Origin: Spirochaetota bacterium
Lineage (GTDB): Bacteria > Spirochaetota > UBA4802 > UBA5550
Direction of reading: 5' to 3'
Assembly (NCBI GenBank): GCA_963664815.2
Contig: CAXXHB010000002.1
Location: 128,001 to 192,000, forward strand
Length of the DNA stretch: 64,000 nucleotides
Below are positions 59,445 through 64,000 of this stretch, piece by piece; within the stretch, counting starts at the first letter, position 1; each line of letters begins with the position of its first letter. The position numbers were made by a program, and so were the translations under genes. The notes under the pieces are model-generated. The model was given only the letters and a program-made list of their open reading frames with translations. It searched no databases and was not told where the DNA came from.

Positions 59445-60080
59445 ATGGAATCGTTGTTAACACAAAGTATTGACAGCATTATGCATTGGAATATATATTA
59501 TCTGTACATTTTTTTATTCGGAAGCGCTGTAATGGAAAACCTCTTCCCGCCTGTTCCTGGAGATACAATTACTGTATTCGGCGCCTTTCTTGTTGGTGTA
59601 GGTAAACTCGATTTTTTTATCGTTTATACAGTAACTACAATCGGAAGTTCAATCGGATTCATTCTCCTTTTTTATGCCGGTGCTTATCTCGAAATGGAAT
59701 TTTTTCTTAATACAAAAATAAAAGTTTTTTCAAATCAAAAAATATTATCAGCTGAAAAATGGTTCAGTAAATATGGATATTATGTCGTTATCATGAACAG
59801 GTTCCTCCCGGGAATAAGATCAGTTATTTCTATTGTTGCAGGGATTTCTGGACTCAACGGAATAAAGGTTTTTTTTATGGCAACTGTTAGTGCTCTTGCA
59901 TGGAATTTTTTATGGATTTATACAGGATATACAATTGGCAATAACTGGGAGATGGTGAATCAAAAAATTTCAGTTATTATAAGGAATTATAATATTGCAG
60001 CAATCGCAATCCTGCTGCTTGGACTTGCTGTTTATTATGCTTTTAAAACTTTAAAAAGAAGACAAGAAAATCAGAAATAA
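59445..60080 (+). CDS. DedA family membrane protein
   Basis: ENLFPPVPGD, WFSKYG, RFLPGIRS.IS..AG. Confidence 0.93.
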   Translation: MESLLTQSIDSIMHWNIYYLYIFLFGSAVMENLFPPVPGDTITVFGAFLVGVGKLDFFIVYTVTTIGSSIGFILLFYAGAYLEMEFFLNTKIKVFSNQKILSAEKWFSKYGYYVVIMNRFLPGIRSVISIVAGISGLNGIKVFFMATVSALAWNFLWIYTGYTIGNNWEMVNQKISVIIRNYNIAAIAILLLGLAVYYAFKTLKRRQENQK

Positions 60081-60095
60081 TATATAGTAATCATT

Positions 60096-60995
60096 TTACC
60101 TTTTTTTAGTCGCAATTAATATTCCGCTGATAATAAAAATCAAACTAACAAGGTGCATCAGTTGAATATGCTCGTCTAGAAACAATATTGCCCAGAAAGT
60201 ACTGAAAAGAGGGAGTGAATAGTAAATAATTCCGGATGTTGCCGCCCCAATCTGCTCTACAGCTTTATTCCACATAAAGAATCCTCCGATTGAAGCAAAA
60301 ATTCCAATATAAAGAATAGAGAAGATAATACTAATACTGAAAGAAAATTGCTTTTCAGAATTAAATTCGTATAAAAAAAAGGGTAAAAGCATTACGAGCC
60401 CGGCCGCAAAAGTGACAAACAGAAAAGATACTCCACCAATGCCTGCAGGTTTTTTTCTGAGGAGAAAACTATAAAGAGCGAAGGTAATAGCCGCAAAAAG
60501 CATCCAAAGATCACCCGGAGTAAAAGAAATAGCAAATAAGACTTTCAGTGAACCTCTGCAGATCAATATAACTATCCCGGAAAGTGTAAGAAAAACTCCT
60601 GCTATATTTATGATATTCATTTTCTCTTTAAAAAAAATTCTGTTGAAAATTAGAATAAAAACAGGAGTAGTGATTGCGATCAATGAAAGATTAATAGCCT
60701 CCGTTGAATGTCCTGCTATATAAACCAATGTGTTGAATAAGGTTACACCAAAAAACGAGATTAAAATAATGTATTTAACATTCTTACTTATTGCTGAAAT
60801 ATCCCTGATGAAATGTTTAATTGAAAATGGTGTAATTACCGTTAAAGCTACAGACCATCTTAAAAAAGAGAGTGTCACAGGGGGAATAACCTCATGAAAA
60901 CCTCTTGCAATTATATAATTCCAGGACCATATCATTGTTGCACCGATAGCGAGAAGAACTCCGGAAAATCGAGGGGGAAATTTTTTTAATTTCAT
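60096..60995 (-). CDS. DMT/EamA family transporter
   Basis: IWSWN, PPVTLSFLRW, GDLWML, about 10 TM segments. Start is uncertain (ATG 60995 chosen; ORF track gives 61043). Confidence 0.9.
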   Translation of the reverse strand: MKLKKFPPRFSGVLLAIGATMIWSWNYIIARGFHEVIPPVTLSFLRWSVALTVITPFSIKHFIRDISAISKNVKYIILISFFGVTLFNTLVYIAGHSTEAINLSLIAITTPVFILIFNRIFFKEKMNIINIAGVFLTLSGIVILICRGSLKVLFAISFTPGDLWMLFAAITFALYSFLLRKKPAGIGGVSFLFVTFAAGLVMLLPFFLYEFNSEKQFSFSISIIFSILYIGIFASIGGFFMWNKAVEQIGAATSGIIYYSLPLFSTFWAILFLDEHIQLMHLVSLIFIISGILIATKKR

Positions 60996-61153
60996 ATTAA
61001 TATCCATAATGTATTGTAATAAACATGAAATATTGTGAAACAAAAAAAATTTTTTCAGTAATTTTCCTAATCGTTTTTTTAAGAAGTAACGTTGTTGACA
61101 GTTAATTTTATATTTATAAATCTTTGAGCATATCAGATTAAAGGAGATTTAAA

Positions 61154-61972
61154 ATGGAATATAAATATTACCTTGTGGAAAAGAAGGAACATATTGCGTG
61201 GGTATGGCTCAACAGGCCAGAAAAAAAGAATGCCATGAACCCGCCGGCGTGGAAAGAGACTTTTCCTATATTTGAGGATCTTGACGAGGATGATAACATA
61301 AGAGTTATTATTGTTGCTGCGAAGGGGAAGGATTTCAATACTGGAATTGATCTTGTAGAAATGGTACCAGAACTACCTGAACTTGGAACACCCGTACAAA
61401 GTGCAGGACAAAGAAGAAGTTTTATGAAAAAGCTTCTTAAACTGCAGGACGGGCTTAGCTGTATTGAAAAATGCAGAAAACCGGTTATTGCGGCAGTACA
61501 GGGAATGTGTTTTGGAGGAGGCCTTGATCTGATATGTGCATGCGATATAAGACTCGCTACAAAGGATGCAAAATTTTCACTTCTGGAAGCTTCAGTGGGT
61601 ATGGTTGCCGATGTCGGAGTGCTTCAGAGGATACCAAATATTATAGGACAAGGACATGTCAGAGAAATGGCATATTCATGCAGGAAAATCAGTGCAGAAA
61701 GAGCAATGCGTATAAACCTGATAAATGATGTTTTTGAAAACTATGAAGAACTATTAAAAGAAGCAGAAACTCTTGCTAATGAGATTGCGGCTAATTCACC
61801 TCTTGCAGTTCAGGCATCTAAATTTGTATTAAAATACGGGATTGGCAAGTCAGTTGAAGACGGCCTGTTGTTTAATGCCGCTGTAAGTAATTACACTATT
61901 CCTTCTAATGATGTAACAGCTGCATTCAAAGCCTTCGCAGCAAAGAAGAAACCTGAGTTTACAGGAAGCTGA
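61154..61972 (+). CDS. Enoyl-CoA hydratase/isomerase (crotonase; dienoyl-CoA isomerase-like)
   Basis: LNRPEKKNAM, TGIDL, KPVIAAVQG.C.GGGLDLICACDIR, E..VG..ADVG.LQR, KPEFTG. Confidence 0.93.
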   Translation: MEYKYYLVEKKEHIAWVWLNRPEKKNAMNPPAWKETFPIFEDLDEDDNIRVIIVAAKGKDFNTGIDLVEMVPELPELGTPVQSAGQRRSFMKKLLKLQDGLSCIEKCRKPVIAAVQGMCFGGGLDLICACDIRLATKDAKFSLLEASVGMVADVGVLQRIPNIIGQGHVREMAYSCRKISAERAMRINLINDVFENYEELLKEAETLANEIAANSPLAVQASKFVLKYGIGKSVEDGLLFNAAVSNYTIPSNDVTAAFKAFAAKKKPEFTGS

Positions 61973-62170
61973 TAAATAAAGAATAAAGAGTATTATAATT
62001 TGGATACGTATGTATAAAATTGTTGAACTATTGCATGAATGAAATTATTCCAATTTTAACATAAGCTGTGAAGTGATAGACACTCTTCATTATCACCACA
62101 GATATTTCAACTGGCTATTATAATTATATACAAACGACTGGTTGAATATTTTAATTAAGGATAAAAAATT

Positions 62171-62764
62171 ATGGCATTGATTAAAAAAGTTTTAATAAGT
62201 CTCTCTGATAAAACCGGATCAGTTGATTTTGCAAAGAATCTATCCGAGTTTGGTGTTCAGTTTCTCTCTACTGGCGGTACTGCTAAAATTTTAAGGGATT
62301 CCGGACTTAATGTTATGGATGTTTCCGAGTATACCGGTTTTCCGGAGATGCTTGACGGGAGAGTAAAGACACTCCATCCAAAGGTTCATGGAGGGCTTCT
62401 TGGGCTTCGTGCAAATCCTGAACATGTGGAAACAATGAAAAAGCATGGTATAGAACCAATAGATATGGTGGTAGTAAATCTTTATCCATTTAAAGAAACT
62501 ATATCCAAACCAGGATGTACATTTGAAGACGCTATCGAGAATATTGATATCGGAGGGCCTACTATGCTCCGTTCTGCAGCAAAAAATTTTCAGAGTGTAA
62601 CAGTGGTTATTGACCCTGCTGATTATAAAACCGTTCTTGATGATATGAGAAAAAGTAATGGTGAAGTATCACTTAAAACAAATCTTAAACTTGCTTATAA
62701 AGTTTTTAAAACTACGTCCGAATATGATAAAATGATATCAGATTATTTAAACAATAAATTTTAA
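62171..62764 (+). CDS. purH: Stand-alone IMP cyclohydrolase (PurH N-terminal/MGS-like domain only)
   Basis: [54 protein letters not shown]. Stops at 197 aa, before the transformylase domain. Confidence 0.9.
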   Translation: MALIKKVLISLSDKTGSVDFAKNLSEFGVQFLSTGGTAKILRDSGLNVMDVSEYTGFPEMLDGRVKTLHPKVHGGLLGLRANPEHVETMKKHGIEPIDMVVVNLYPFKETISKPGCTFEDAIENIDIGGPTMLRSAAKNFQSVTVVIDPADYKTVLDDMRKSNGEVSLKTNLKLAYKVFKTTSEYDKMISDYLNNKF

Positions 62765-63044
62765 ATATTGCATGCAGTAATTTTCGAAAATAAATTATAG
62801 TTAAAATTGTCTGCTTTCATCCTCTTTATTTATGGTGGAAGTAGATATTTTTTAACAGTCCTTCTCCGTTTTATTGCCCTTTTTGTATTATTCATATATA
62901 TAATCCAGACATCGACGGCCGAAAATCAATTTGAAACTATATAATATTTATCAGTTGAATTTTCTTTAGATGGTGTTTATTGTTATATTACATCAATACC
63001 ATGATCAGAGTATGCTATCTGAAAAAATATAAAGTGGTGAATAT

Positions 63045-63596
63045 ATGTTCGAAGAATTCAGGATTAAGGCTATAGCAGCCGGAGCGGAGATCTTTCGTTT
63101 TACAACAGAAGACGAGGCGCTGGATTTTATATTGTCTTTTCTTGAAGCAGAAGGAGTATCTGATTCTCCCGGGTTGTATGCTCTCTGGCAAAAAGGTACT
63201 TTTGCAAAAGATGTGAATGAGATATATCTTGAAGAGAGAGTTCCGGGACTAAAATTCCAGATCACAAGAGAAACTGCGGCTGATTCTCTTGTTGGAATTA
63301 GTGAAATGGAGTATGCTCTTTCAGATACAGGTTCACTGGTTGCAAATCAGACACTGGTTGAACATAGACTTGTCTCCACTCTTCCTGATATACATATGGC
63401 AATAACATATACATACAAGATTCTTGAAGGAAAGGTTGATCTTTTCCGAAAAATGAATCCTGCAAACAACAGATATATTGCATTTATAACAGGACCAAGC
63501 AGAACCGCCGATATTGAACGTGTACTTACTATTGGTGTTCATGGTCCGAAGAGATTGATTATTATTTTTATCGATGATGAAATAGCGGGAGAATGA
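63045..63596 (+). CDS. LutC/LldG-like lactate utilisation protein (LUD domain)
   Basis: ALSDTGSLV, STLPDIH, FITGPSRTADIERVLTIGVHGP. Confidence 0.9.
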   Translation: MFEEFRIKAIAAGAEIFRFTTEDEALDFILSFLEAEGVSDSPGLYALWQKGTFAKDVNEIYLEERVPGLKFQITRETAADSLVGISEMEYALSDTGSLVANQTLVEHRLVSTLPDIHMAITYTYKILEGKVDLFRKMNPANNRYIAFITGPSRTADIERVLTIGVHGPKRLIIIFIDDEIAGE

Positions 63597-64000
63597 ATGA
63601 AGGATGATTTTAAAGATTCGATAATCAAGGCAGTGAATAATACTGTTTTGACAGGTGCACTTGGAAAATTTTCCGAAACTTTTAAAATTAATCGTGCAAA
63701 AGCCTACGAAGGAATAGACTTTGAAGACCTGAGAAATATAATCGCGGAAAGAAAAGCATTCGCTGCTGCAAATCTTGAATTACTTACTGCAGAATTCAAA
63801 CGCAATGCTGAATTAAACGGAGCAAAAGTTTTTATCGCAAAAAAAGCATTGGATGCAGTTGACTATATTATTAATATAGCAAAGGACAATAATGTTAAAT
63901 CCGTTGTTAAATCCAAATCAATGGCCAGTGAAGAGATACATCTTAACAAGCATCTTGAAGAAAACGGTATCTCTGTCAGGGAAACTGATCTGGGGGAATG
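63597..64000 (+). CDS. LutB/LldH-like L-lactate dehydrogenase Fe-S subunit (partial, runs off window)
   Basis: Manual translation: MKDDFKDSIIKAVNN...VVKSKSMASEEIHLN..LE.....ETDLGE, the LutB signature. Confidence 0.9.
   Translation, partial: MKDDFKDSIIKAVNNTVLTGALGKFSETFKINRAKAYEGIDFEDLRNIIAERKAFAAANLELLTAEFKRNAELNGAKVFIAKKALDAVDYIINIAKDNNVKSVVKSKSMASEEIHLNKHLEENGISVRETDLGE

Noticed and set aside
62040-62170. ZTP (pfl) riboswitch upstream of purH
   Set aside because: Lacks the conserved GACUGGCG and CGCCUGGGCA elements.

Overview
Ordinary chromosomal segment of an AT-rich anaerobic bacterium, most likely a Leptospira-related spirochaete. The assignment rests on the spiro-SPASM/PPIase/cytidylyltransferase block and the AsmA-like/DUF1318/giant PD40-TPR block, both recalled from Leptospira. 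Contents in order: a giant lipoprotein running off the left edge (PD40 propeller, TPR, CHAT-like) behind YdbH- and YdbL-like genes; FMN riboswitch-ribB; M14 carboxypeptidase; two acyl-CoA transferases; dinG, purD, phosphohexomutase, recX, rplM-rpsI, manC; the spiro-SPASM operon; cimA, map, rhomboid-dut-rnj, ftsK; a yidD-like/TPR cluster; signalling genes (PilZ, CheY-like, cNMP-binding, PadR); a siroheme-dependent (Ahb) heme pathway operon; transporters; a stand-alone PurH N-terminal half; and a lutC/lutB-type lactate dehydrogenase cut by the right edge. I saw no tRNA, rRNA, CRISPR array, integrase or transposase. The best candidates for something undescribed are (i) an orphan basic HMG-box-like gene at 19064-19579 with a perfect upstream 13-bp inverted repeat, two oppositely oriented arrays of 11-bp repeats and a possibly structured 3' region, and (ii) the YdbH-like lipid-bridge operon coupled to the giant PD40/TPR/CHAT-like lipoprotein. 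All family calls come from motif recognition by eye; no database searches were run.
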